From positions 1 through 42,230 of IMG/VR virus record IMGVR_UViG_3300029823_000004: DNA of 42,230 nt, one strand, 5' to 3'. The notes below the pieces were generated by a model. The model was not told where the DNA came from. It saw only the letters and a list, made by a program, of their open reading frames with translations, and did not search any database. This DNA is from a virus (taxonomy: Duplodnaviria; Caudoviricetes). This document shows positions 17,228 to 26,026 of the stretch, in pieces. Position 1 is the first letter of the stretch. Each line of letters begins with the position of its first letter. Both the position numbers and the translations under genes were made by a program.

Positions 17228-17970
17228 TATTCATTTCCCTCCATTTTCTTTTTAAATATAGCCATCATTTTTTCCGCATTGGTTTTCTGCTTTTGAAATT
17301 GTTCTGGAACCTTAATTTTACTTTGCATCTGCATAATCTGCTCTTTTATGGATTGTTCAAATCTCTGTTGCGCTGCAGAAATATTTTTATCCTCTTTTCC
17401 TGCTATTTCATCAGCCAACCCATATTGCAAACACTGCTGGGCGGTTAACCAAGATTGAGCATCTAAAAGTTGATTCAGAGTATCTTCACCCAACTTGTCT
17501 CCTGCTTTTTCTAAATAACTGGAGCAGCTTGCTTTATCAATTACCTCAACATCATTAGCCGCCTTTCTAAGTTGCTCTGCATTACCAAAGGCATACATAG
17601 AAGCATGGTGTATCATCATCAAAGTATTAGGACCCATTATAACCTTATCTCCTGCCATAGCAATTACAGAAGCTATGGAACAAGCGAATCCATCAACATA
17701 TACCGTCTTTTGTGCTGGATGCCTTTTAAGCTGGTTATAAATAGCAAGTCCCTCTTTAACTTCACCACCATAGGAATTAATATAAATATTAATCTGACTA
17801 ATATTTTGGGATTGTTCAAGCTGTCCCTTCACGTAGTTAGCAGAGGTTTCACTTTCAATGGTTTCTCCACTCCACCAATCATAGCTATCTCCCTGGACAT
17901 AGTCATAAATGTATAATTCCAAAGTATTTGGCTCTGCCGCCTGTTTTATTAAAAATATAGGTTTTCCCAT
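17227..17970 (-). CDS. ClpP-type head maturation protease
   Basis: INSYGGEV, DGFACSIASVIAMAGD, MMIHHA and WLTAQQC..YGLAD. Confidence 0.93.
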   Translation of the reverse strand: MGKPIFLIKQAAEPNTLELYIYDYVQGDSYDWWSGETIESETSANYVKGQLEQSQNISQINIYINSYGGEVKEGLAIYNQLKRHPAQKTVYVDGFACSIASVIAMAGDKVIMGPNTLMMIHHASMYAFGNAEQLRKAANDVEVIDKASCSSYLEKAGDKLGEDTLNQLLDAQSWLTAQQCLQYGLADEIAGKEDKNISAAQQRFEQSIKEQIMQMQSKIKVPEQFQKQKTNAEKMMAIFKKKMEGNE

Positions 17971-19124
17971 TATTCCTCACCTCCCTTACTTTCAGGATTC
18001 TCTATATCTTGATAATTTTTAGTTATCCAATGTCTTCTGCTCCAATCTGTATTCAAGGGTGTATCACCAGCCTTTATCCTCAAATCATCTATGCTGTAAC
18101 CACCACTGGCAATAAGCTTGTCAAAAGATTCGCTTATACTAAATATGTCAATATGCCTTATACAAGTGGTATCTACTTTTATATAAGAACCATTTATAAA
18201 AGCCCGTTTTCCATATCTTTTACGGGTGGCTTCCTCACCTATAATAGTTACTATGGGATCTATGCAAAAACTCAAAAAATTATCTGTAATCTTTTCTATA
18301 TCTGCAATATCTCCTCTAAGTAAAGCAGGTGGCATTCTAAAGGCCTGTGCTATCCTGTCAAAAGCTTCTTTAGTAATATTTTGTATATCTGTTATTTCAG
18401 ATGTACTTTTCTTTACAGATTCCCCACCCTGCTCCTCGTATTCTATCCCTCTTTCAAGATGAATAACTGCATTTTCAGCTTCAAAGTAAGCTTTAAATTG
18501 TCTGTTAAATAAATCATCAATTTTCTTCTTAAACTCTGTATCACCGGAAGGTGGCTTGTTTATTCTGGCTATTCCCTTTCTGCCGCCACTACGTTTATAT
18601 TTACCTTCTGCCATATTATTAAGTTCTTCATAGCCATTTATTAAGTTCGCCAGCAAATTCCGTATATTGGTATCATTTAATCTAAAATACATGACTTCAG
18701 ACATTTTAAAAGTCCTGTTAAAATTCATAGTTTTAACAGACACATCTGTAAAATAATTTTCCACCACAGCATATTCAACCTGGTTAAAGCTATCTGCTAC
18801 AAGCAGCTGCCCATTTACCCCTATAACTAAAGCTTCTCCATAAAACAATAGTCGACTTATAAGCTTCTGCGAAAACTGTGTGGAGCTTTCGTTCAAGTTA
18901 GGTTCTATATTCCAGAGGTAATATTCATCCCCCTTTACTTCTTTGCCATTTAGAAATGTCTTAAATTCGCATTTAGAAATAGCACTTGCAATAAAATTAA
19001 TGGCCATTACAATTCCAAACTTCTCTATATTTAATTTTGTAGTTTGTTCTATGGCTTTTTGTGTTATATAAACAGTATCTGCATCAGCTCCAAAGAAATG
19101 TTTTGTCCAGTCCCAAAATCCCAA
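17970..19124 (-). CDS. Portal protein (HK97 family)
   Basis: AINFIASAISKCEF, YLWNIEPN, IAQAFRMPPALL and ITKNY. Confidence 0.93.
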   Translation of the reverse strand: MGFWDWTKHFFGADADTVYITQKAIEQTTKLNIEKFGIVMAINFIASAISKCEFKTFLNGKEVKGDEYYLWNIEPNLNESSTQFSQKLISRLLFYGEALVIGVNGQLLVADSFNQVEYAVVENYFTDVSVKTMNFNRTFKMSEVMYFRLNDTNIRNLLANLINGYEELNNMAEGKYKRSGGRKGIARINKPPSGDTEFKKKIDDLFNRQFKAYFEAENAVIHLERGIEYEEQGGESVKKSTSEITDIQNITKEAFDRIAQAFRMPPALLRGDIADIEKITDNFLSFCIDPIVTIIGEEATRKRYGKRAFINGSYIKVDTTCIRHIDIFSISESFDKLIASGGYSIDDLRIKAGDTPLNTDWSRRHWITKNYQDIENPESKGGEE

Positions 19125-19150
19125 ATTCTCACCACCTTTCTAGGCAAAAT

Positions 19151-19175
19151 AAAAAAGCCCTATTCATGGAGCTTT
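19151..19175 (-). terminator. Intrinsic terminator between terL region and portal
   Basis: AAAGCTC-CATGAATA-GGGCTTTTTT, overlapping the micro-ORF stop. Confidence 0.5.
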
Positions 19176-19300
19176 ACATCAAATACTTGTTTCTGCTTTT
19201 CAATTATCCTATCAAACTGTTTTTCAATATCATTTAACTTAGACTTATATTCAGAATCATCAAGTGTTATTTTTACTATTAGATCCTTTGGCTTTTCCAA
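19160..19300 (-). CDS. 46-aa micro-ORF resembling a tape-measure N-terminus
   Basis: Not in ORF track. TTG start with AAGGAG RBS; MEKPKDLIVKITLDDSEYKSKLNDIEKQFDRIIEKQKQVFDVKLHE. Confidence 0.7.
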   Translation of the reverse strand: MEKPKDLIVKITLDDSEYKSKLNDIEKQFDRIIEKQKQVFDVKLHE

Positions 19301-19315
19301 TTCACTCACTCCTTT

Positions 19316-20989
19316 TTAATATGTGTAAACTCCCATATCAAAATTTATTTCCTCTCCACTGTCCTCAAGCTCTATACCTCCTGCGCACATAGCAGCCACA
19401 AAAGCCATAAAACCATCTGTCTTACGACTTTTAGGTTCTATTTTCCCATAGGTCATATTGTCATATTTTTCAGGATGCTTACAGGTATTATTTGTATACC
19501 AACGCATAAGTGGGTTATCTCCATACACAATATTATGATTTACAAACAAGCTGTTTATTGTAGGAGCAACCAACATTTGATTAGACGGCCTTGTAAGTTT
19601 TGTATTATTTGCCCCTTGTTTATCTGTATCAAACCCTACCTCTCTAAGAGCCTTAGCAAGTAATGTATGTCTATAATTATCCATACCTAGTGTAGTTATG
19701 TTATATTTCTGTCCCTGCTCTTCAAGCCAACGGGCAGGAATATCCGGGGATATCTCCACAGCATCAACAAAGGTTAATAATTTACCCCCTTTTTCAGTTT
19801 CCCATTCTTCAAGTGGTGCTTTTATTCTTCCAAGGTCATTACATTTTCTACATACCCATGTATGGGTTATCCAATAATATTTACCCTTATATTTAAAGAG
19901 TAATCCAGCAGCTACAAAATCTGTGGTTTTAGCATAGTCAATTCCAGCTACACAAGTACAGCCTGTCAAGTCTGGTATAGGCTGATTAGTTGCAAGTATG
20001 TTGTCCCAACTTGTAACCTCCTGGTCTTTATTTCCCATAGGAATATTCATTCTCTTAGTCATAAAAGCAGAGTTACTTACAGGGTCTTCTTTATAGTCAA
20101 TATACTCTTTCTGTATCTCTCTAAAAAGTTCCTCATTGTACTGCAAAGATGGATTAGCCTTATGCCACATTTTAGGATTATCTGCTTCTTTTTCATTATC
20201 AAGCCTACACATAAAGGGCAGCAATCCATTATCGCCGCCCTGCTCATTTAATATTCTAAGCCCCCTGGCTTTAATACTATCCAAGGGTCCTCCCCTAACA
20301 TCACCATCCGTTGTGGTTATCGTGGTACGGGGATTCTTCTTTTTACCAAGACCAGTCTTAAATACATTTATAAGTTTGTAGTCTTCGTACTGGTGGTATT
20401 CATCAAAATCTATTTTACCTGGCCTGCCACCATCTTTGGATTTTGCGTTGCTAGTCCTAAACCTTAACTTAGATTTAGTTTTAAGGTTTTCAATAAGTTC
20501 TTTATTCCAGCTAAAATGTTTTTTAAGTTTTTGTTCATTTTCCTCCAAGACATTATATACATCTTCAAAGGAAGTTTTGGCCTGGTCTTCTGCATTGGCA
20601 CATATGTCTATATCATAATGTTTTATTTTGTTGTACTCAGATATAAGACAAAAATCTTCAAAGCTTAAATAGCCATTCTTGCCGGAACCCCTGCCCACAT
20701 AAATAAATAAGTCCGGCCATCTTAAAATACCAGGCCTAGAATAAGTACAATTATGGAGGGTAAAACAAAAAATCTCCCATTCGTATAAATCAAAGGGGAA
20801 ATATTTTTGGAGACTTAAATATTTACGGAGCAGCTCATCATCTACAAATATATTTTCTTCTCTAAAACACTTTTCAACATAATCACATAACAGGAATTGC
20901 TCTTTGCATATTTCTATGGTGCCACTACGAACTAAGTCAATATAGTTTTGTATTTCAGGTATCAGCTTAGAGTTCGTCATCATCATCAC
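19316..20989 (-). CDS. terL: Terminase large subunit
   Basis: Walker A GRGSGKN, Walker B IDFDEYH, nuclease GIDYA..TD and KTDGFMA. Confidence 0.95.
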   Translation of the reverse strand: MMMMTNSKLIPEIQNYIDLVRSGTIEICKEQFLLCDYVEKCFREENIFVDDELLRKYLSLQKYFPFDLYEWEIFCFTLHNCTYSRPGILRWPDLFIYVGRGSGKNGYLSFEDFCLISEYNKIKHYDIDICANAEDQAKTSFEDVYNVLEENEQKLKKHFSWNKELIENLKTKSKLRFRTSNAKSKDGGRPGKIDFDEYHQYEDYKLINVFKTGLGKKKNPRTTITTTDGDVRGGPLDSIKARGLRILNEQGGDNGLLPFMCRLDNEKEADNPKMWHKANPSLQYNEELFREIQKEYIDYKEDPVSNSAFMTKRMNIPMGNKDQEVTSWDNILATNQPIPDLTGCTCVAGIDYAKTTDFVAAGLLFKYKGKYYWITHTWVCRKCNDLGRIKAPLEEWETEKGGKLLTFVDAVEISPDIPARWLEEQGQKYNITTLGMDNYRHTLLAKALREVGFDTDKQGANNTKLTRPSNQMLVAPTINSLFVNHNIVYGDNPLMRWYTNNTCKHPEKYDNMTYGKIEPKSRKTDGFMAFVAAMCAGGIELEDSGEEINFDMGVYTY

Positions 20990-21275
20990 AGCCTACGTTA
21001 TCAGTCGTCAACTCCAATTGTTTTAAAATGGCTAACTTTTGCTTGTTATACACTACCGCGTTTTTTACAGAGGGATTCTCTTTTTCAATTGGATATCCAG
21101 ATGCAGACAATGCCTTATATGTTCGTCCTCTTTCCTTTATGTCCTTTTGCATCTCCTTTTCTTCTTTAAAATACCAGATATAATCATCAATTAAGCCTAA
21201 AAAATGTTCAACATTTGCACTTTTATTTTGAAGCTGTTTAATTAAGGATTCCTTGATTTTTCTTGCGTTAGCCAT
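20967..21275 (-). CDS. terS: Terminase small subunit (P27 family)
   Basis: DIKERG..KENPSV..YNKQKLAILKQLEL; overlaps the terL start. Confidence 0.9.
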   Translation of the reverse strand: MANARKIKESLIKQLQNKSANVEHFLGLIDDYIWYFKEEKEMQKDIKERGRTYKALSASGYPIEKENPSVKNAVVYNKQKLAILKQLELTTDNVGCDDDDEL

Positions 21276-21393
21276 ATTTTCATCCCTCCTTTCACGCTAT
21301 TTTTTCTCACACGCGCGAGATTTCTGTTTTGTCTTTCCTACTACCCGTTCTCCCAATATGGTATTATTTTTTAATTTTTTAGACCCGGGGGTA
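21276..21393. other. Probable cos/packaging region
   Basis: Non-coding gap between HNH and terS with GC-rich islands (TACCCCCGGGTC, GGGAGAACGGG, CTCGCGCGTG). This is the usual cos position in HNH/P27/HK97-type phages; the exact cut site cannot be determined. Confidence 0.45.
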
Positions 21394-21705
21394 TCACCAC
21401 CTTTCCTCATTCAACTGCGGTTTATTCTCCGCTTTATGATGCACCTCATAATGACATTCCTTACACAAACACATCAAATTACTTTTAGTAAGTGCCAATT
21501 CTGGATGCTGCCTTAAAAATTTAACATGATGAACTGCCTCCGCAGGAGAATACATACCCTTAACCTTGCACACCTGACATTCATAATGTTGTTCTTCTAA
21601 TACTTCTTGCCTTAAATTCTCCCATAATGCAGAATTATAAAAAGCTTTTATATTATGATACCTGATTAAAGTATTAATCCATTGTACTAGCTGTGTTGTG
21701 TTCAC
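21394..21705 (-). CDS. Terminase-associated HNH endonuclease (gp74-like)
   Basis: FYNSALW, CQVC, VHHVK, NLMCLCKECHYEVH. Confidence 0.92.
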   Translation of the reverse strand: MNTTQLVQWINTLIRYHNIKAFYNSALWENLRQEVLEEQHYECQVCKVKGMYSPAEAVHHVKFLRQHPELALTKSNLMCLCKECHYEVHHKAENKPQLNEERW

Positions 21706-22190
21706 TTATCTGTTGGCCTTATAGTTACATCTATCTTATTTTTATCACCATAGTTATATGACTTAACAACCGGATTCTTTAACCTGCTCAATATATTATT
21801 CAATCTATTGGCAACTCGAATACCTGTTTCTATTAAATCTCTGTATTCTTCTGCATGTATATTTACTTCCATTGATATATCCTGTATTGGTTCATAACAT
21901 CTCTTGAATTCATCTTTACTAATTACATGTAATGAATCATTGTCGCCTTTAACTATATAATCACACATATTTGCTACCTTACTAGATTCTATCTTTAATC
22001 CTTGTGAGAATACTGCATCACAATAAGCATACTTAACTGTTGCCTCTTCGAATATATCATCATCAACAAATTTCTTCCCAACAAATCTTGATGCCTCTAT
22101 TATAGATTCAATAGTGGGTTCTAAATATACAGCATCCACTATTTTATGCGTACTCTTACTTTTCCATGCTGTAGACTTATAGAAACTCAT
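21702..22190 (-). CDS. Hypothetical phage protein, first late gene
   Basis: AAGGAG RBS before ATG at 22190; DYIVKG..ISKDEFKRCYEPI resembles the phage GDYIIKG..F..TYE family. Confidence 0.7.
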   Translation of the reverse strand: MSFYKSTAWKSKSTHKIVDAVYLEPTIESIIEASRFVGKKFVDDDIFEEATVKYAYCDAVFSQGLKIESSKVANMCDYIVKGDNDSLHVISKDEFKRCYEPIQDISMEVNIHAEEYRDLIETGIRVANRLNNILSRLKNPVVKSYNYGDKNKIDVTIRPTDK

Positions 22191-22215
22191 GGCATCACTC
22201 CTTTTGCACATAACA

Positions 22216-22245
22216 AAAGACACCTAGAATCAACTAAGTGTCTTT
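22216..22245 (-). terminator. Hairpin/terminator in late-operon leader
   Basis: AAAGACACTTAG-TTGATT-CTAGGTGTCTTTT. Confidence 0.55.
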
Positions 22246-22287
22246 GACATATACACGATATTAATTTTTATAATTTTACTGATTACC

Positions 22288-22316
22288 ATATTATACTATT
22301 ATAAAATGTATGTCAA
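22288..22316 (-). promoter_or_regulatory. Putative late promoter
   Basis: TTGACA-N17-TAATAT with an overlapping TATAAT; upstream TGTCC/TGTCA repeats directly after the regulator gene. Confidence 0.55.
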
Positions 22317-22405
22317 TTCCATACAAAAGGACACTCTTTTAAAGTTATATTCAATGGACTTTAGCTGTATACCTAACCTTGACACTACTTGACAAGGACA
22401 TATTT

Positions 22406-22942
22406 TCATAGTTTTATCCCATCTATCCCGAAAAATAATATGCTTAAATCTTCAATACCCTGTCTAATATCTCTACCCACAGTCCTTACGTTAAGATTAA
22501 AATATTCTGCTGTCTCCTCATAGGTTGGTATTATATTATCTTTAGTCGGCTCTAAATACATATATTTGATAATATCATATCTTCTTTTCTTAATATTGCC
22601 ATCCTTCTCACATATAGCTTTATAATACTCCATGGATTTATTTATATGTCCTACTATTATTGAAGTTCTTATTCTAGTTCTACTTATGGCCTGTATATAT
22701 TGTTCTTCATCATTAATTGGATCAATATCATCTAAAATATCTATTGCATTATTTTCATATACACTGCTATTTGATTTATCTGCAAGTTTATCATGTATCT
22801 TCAAATTTCTATAATGTTTAAGAAGCATCCTGGTATTCCTCAATCGCCTATCATATCTTTTTTTAGTTTTATGATATTCCTGCTCTTTAATATACTTTAT
22901 ACCCTCTCTTACTCCTATTTTTACAGCCTCTTCATAATCCAA
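22406..22942 (-). CDS. Late transcriptional regulator (ArpU/RinA-like position, sigma-region-4-like HTH)
   Basis: RRLRNTRMLLKHY; C-terminal HTH TYEETAEYFNLNVRTVGRDI..LFFGIDG; last gene before the packaging module. Confidence 0.8.
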   Translation of the reverse strand: MDYEEAVKIGVREGIKYIKEQEYHKTKKRYDRRLRNTRMLLKHYRNLKIHDKLADKSNSSVYENNAIDILDDIDPINDEEQYIQAISRTRIRTSIIVGHINKSMEYYKAICEKDGNIKKRRYDIIKYMYLEPTKDNIIPTYEETAEYFNLNVRTVGRDIRQGIEDLSILFFGIDGIKL

Positions 22943-22977
22943 AAAACATCACCTCACTTTTTATATCTTGACTTGAA

Positions 22978-24108
22978 TTAGTATTGTGTCTGGATTCCCA
23001 TACCGTTTATCAATACATCTTCACTAAGAACTATATTAAGATTTTTTCTTCCTTTTTCATCTTTTATCTGGTTAACCTGTCGTAAACATCTAGGAGTAAT
23101 TTTGATAGTCAGATTATCACTTTGAATTTCTATAGATTTACTTCCAAAGTCAGGAACTACATTTTCTGCCCTAAATCTATAGTTAGCATCACCAATTTCT
23201 TCAAATGCATTTTGCAAAAGTTTTGTATCGATATCATTGTCTTCAAATATTTCTTTTATATTTTCAATACCCAGTTTAACTTCTGTACCATCCCTGTCCA
23301 TCTTTTCAATAATATCCTCATATACATTTTGAAGTACCCAAGGTTCGATATTATCTTCAGTTATGGTTTTAAGAATCCAATTAAAATAAGTTTTTTCCTC
23401 TGCTGCTGTCAACTTTATTTCACACCCAAGTACATCATTAACAAACATATTATTTAGCCCTTTAGCTTTGTGAGAATAATATATAATTTTATTCATATCA
23501 ACACATCCTTCATCATCAAAACTTGGATACATAAATCCATCAAGAGGTGAATTTAAATTCACTGTTACATCTAGGGATGAATTTGTTTTAAATTCCATCT
23601 CTGCATAATCAAATTTTAATACTCTCTTTGGTACCTCCACCTTATTTATAGTACACAATATAAATTCCGTAGATTGTACATATTCATTCACTTGGTCGTC
23701 TACATTTTTATTTGCCTGGTAATATTCAGCCTTAATAAAGTTTATAACAATATCTGTATCATAGTTAAAATTATTTGCTATCTTAGTCACAATTTCATCT
23801 ATAAAATCAGACATACTTATCTGTTTATTTAAGGTTTTCTGTAAAATATCCTGTGTGGTGCTATATGCTTCACTCCTAAAATTCAACTCATATATTTTAG
23901 AATCTATAGTTCCTGTTAAAATCTTCTTAAAATTACTTAAATACAGCTCTCTTGTATCAACATCCATTCTTCCTAAAACTCTTGAATCTTGTGTTATTAT
24001 TTCACCATTATCTTTTTTAAGATATACAGTGTGTATTTCTTTTATAGGAAGCATATAACTCCCATCTTTAAATTCTTTTCTCAAGTTAGCTAAAACCTTT
24101 TTATTCAT
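22978..24108 (-). CDS. DUF4317-like protein
   Basis: MNKK..LRKEFK, ELYLSNFKKILTG, FILCTINK and PLDGFMYPSF recognised from this Firmicute family; AGGAGG RBS. Confidence 0.7.
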   Translation of the reverse strand: MNKKVLANLRKEFKDGSYMLPIKEIHTVYLKKDNGEIITQDSRVLGRMDVDTRELYLSNFKKILTGTIDSKIYELNFRSEAYSTTQDILQKTLNKQISMSDFIDEIVTKIANNFNYDTDIVINFIKAEYYQANKNVDDQVNEYVQSTEFILCTINKVEVPKRVLKFDYAEMEFKTNSSLDVTVNLNSPLDGFMYPSFDDEGCVDMNKIIYYSHKAKGLNNMFVNDVLGCEIKLTAAEEKTYFNWILKTITEDNIEPWVLQNVYEDIIEKMDRDGTEVKLGIENIKEIFEDNDIDTKLLQNAFEEIGDANYRFRAENVVPDFGSKSIEIQSDNLTIKITPRCLRQVNQIKDEKGRKNLNIVLSEDVLINGMGIQTQY

Positions 24109-24118
24109 AACCATCCTC

Positions 24119-25491
24119 CTAAGAATATTTTTCTATCCTTGCTTTTACCGCCTCAAGCAGTATATTTTGATTTACTTCTTTATTTCCTAAAGACTTCATC
24201 ACATCTTCGTCTATAGTATTTTTACAAACTAAATGATGTATAACTACAGTTTCCTTTTGTCCCTGCCTATGAAGTCTTGCATTTGCCTGTTGGTATAATT
24301 CCAAACTCCACGTAAGCCCAAACCAGACAATTATATTTCCTCCATATTGAAGATTTAAGCCATGTCCTGCACTTGCCGGATGCACTAAAAGCACTGGTAT
24401 ATTACCTTCATTCCACTTTTTAATATCTGATGAATCTTTCAATCCAACTGCTTTTATCTTTTTAGATTCTAAAAATTCAACTATCCTGTCAAAATCATGT
24501 TTAAATGAATAGAATATCAACACTGGCTTTCCATTAGCTGCTTCTATAATTTCAAGTAGTGCCTTTAATTTTTCATCATGTATTTCAACTACATTATGAT
24601 TTTCTGCATATATAGCTCCATTAGCCATCTGTAACAATTTGTTAGTAAGTACTGCTGCATTTGCTGCTGTTATATCTTCTTCTCCAAGTTCTAAGACAAG
24701 ATCCTTTTCTAGCTCTTTATACTTTTTGATTGCATTTTCAGGTAAATTAATATTTATAATATTATCTATTCTTTCAGGTAAATCTAAATAATCTTTTGCT
24801 TTCATAGAGACACAAATATCCGATATTTTATTTTCAATTGCATCCGCCGCACCTTCTTTCAAATTCCAGTTATAAACTACAAACTGATTTCTATTACCCG
24901 GTGTAAAATACTGCTCTCTATAGCTGCCTATTGTTTTTCCTAATCTTTTCCCACCATCTAACAAATATATCTGTGGCCATAGGTCTATAAGACTGTTAGG
25001 TGCTGGTGTGCCTGTAAGTCCAACTATTCTTTTAAAATAAGGTCTTACTTTCCTCAAAGATCTAAATCTTTTCGACTTAGAACTCTTAAAACTTGAAAGC
25101 TCATCAATTACGACCATATCAAACAACCAGCTATCAAAACAATATTTAACTAACCAATCTACATTTTCTCTATTAGTAACATAAATATCTGCATTATGCA
25201 TTAAAGCCTTTTCTCTATTCCTTTTAGTTCCTAAAATCTTTGATACTTTTAAATGATTTAGATGGTCCCACTTTTCAACTTCAGTACTCCAGGTATCTTC
25301 TGCTACTCTAAGTGGTGCTATAACAAGTACTTTGTATACATCGCCTAAAAACAACAATTCATCTACTGCTGTTAGGGTGCTTACAGTTTTTCCCATACCC
25401 ATATCTACTCTCAAAGAAATAAACCAGAAGCACAATTTTCCAAAATATGATTTATAGCATATTTCTGATACTCATAAGGTTTAAATCTCAC
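24119..25491 (-). pseudogene. SNF2-family helicase, frame-disrupted near 5' end
   Basis: GTG start MRFKPYEYQKYAINHILENCASGLFL then TGA at 25411-25413; DMGMGKT, DELS, HPASAGHGLNLQ and QANARLHRQGQ continue in another frame. Removing 8 nt restores GLFLDMGMGKT. Confidence 0.8.
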
Positions 25492-25495
25492 AATA

Positions 25496-25780
25496 TCACC
25501 TTCCTTCTGTCAACTCTTTTACAAATCTATTAACACCTTCTATAGAATCTATACATTCAACTCTAAATCCTAATTTTTCTAATCCCTTTGCCCTGTACTC
25601 CTGTAACTTTCTCCTTTTCTCACCTGGTGCTTTAAGCTCTACAAAAACAATCCTTCCATGTGGTAATAATATTATCCTGTCCGGCACTCCTGACATCCCT
25701 GGGCTAATAAACTTTAATGCTTTTCCACCTATCTTCTCAATTTCTTTTTTAAGTCTTTTTTCAATAACACTTTCTAACAA
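25496..25780 (-). CDS. VRR-NUC domain nuclease
   Basis: ESVIE..GVPDRIIL..FVELKAPG..LQ motif. Confidence 0.9.
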   Translation of the reverse strand: MLESVIEKRLKKEIEKIGGKALKFISPGMSGVPDRIILLPHGRIVFVELKAPGEKRRKLQEYRAKGLEKLGFRVECIDSIEGVNRFVKELTEGR

Positions 25781-25800
25781 TAAAATCACCTTCTATTTAT

Positions 25801-26012
25801 TGTGAACAGTGTGAACCATTTTCTTATATATATATATATCCACGTATTAGGCATATAGGTGTATATACATATACGTCTATTTATATAAATAATACTTATA
25901 TAATATTTTTTGTTCACATTGTTCACGATATATCATAAAGCTTTGATATTACTGATTTTTATGTGTGAACAAAAGCGTGAACACAATATATTTTTTTGTT
26001 CACATTGTTCAC
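25801..26012. promoter_or_regulatory. Putative phage replication origin with iteron-like repeats
   Basis: Eight GTGAAC/GTTCAC hexamers in four alternately oriented pairs around AT-rich tracts, directly downstream of the primase-helicase. Confidence 0.65.
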
Positions 26013-26026
26013 ATTACTAAAGTCTA

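Noticed and set aside
25408-25420. CTT-TGA resembling the prfB +1 frameshift site in the SNF2 gene
   Set aside because: The helicase continues in the -1 frame, not +1, and there is no X-XXY-YYZ heptamer or suitably placed internal SD.
25825-25839. (TA)n microsatellite as a phase-variation tract
   Set aside because: It is non-coding and lies inside the putative origin; better explained as an unwinding element.
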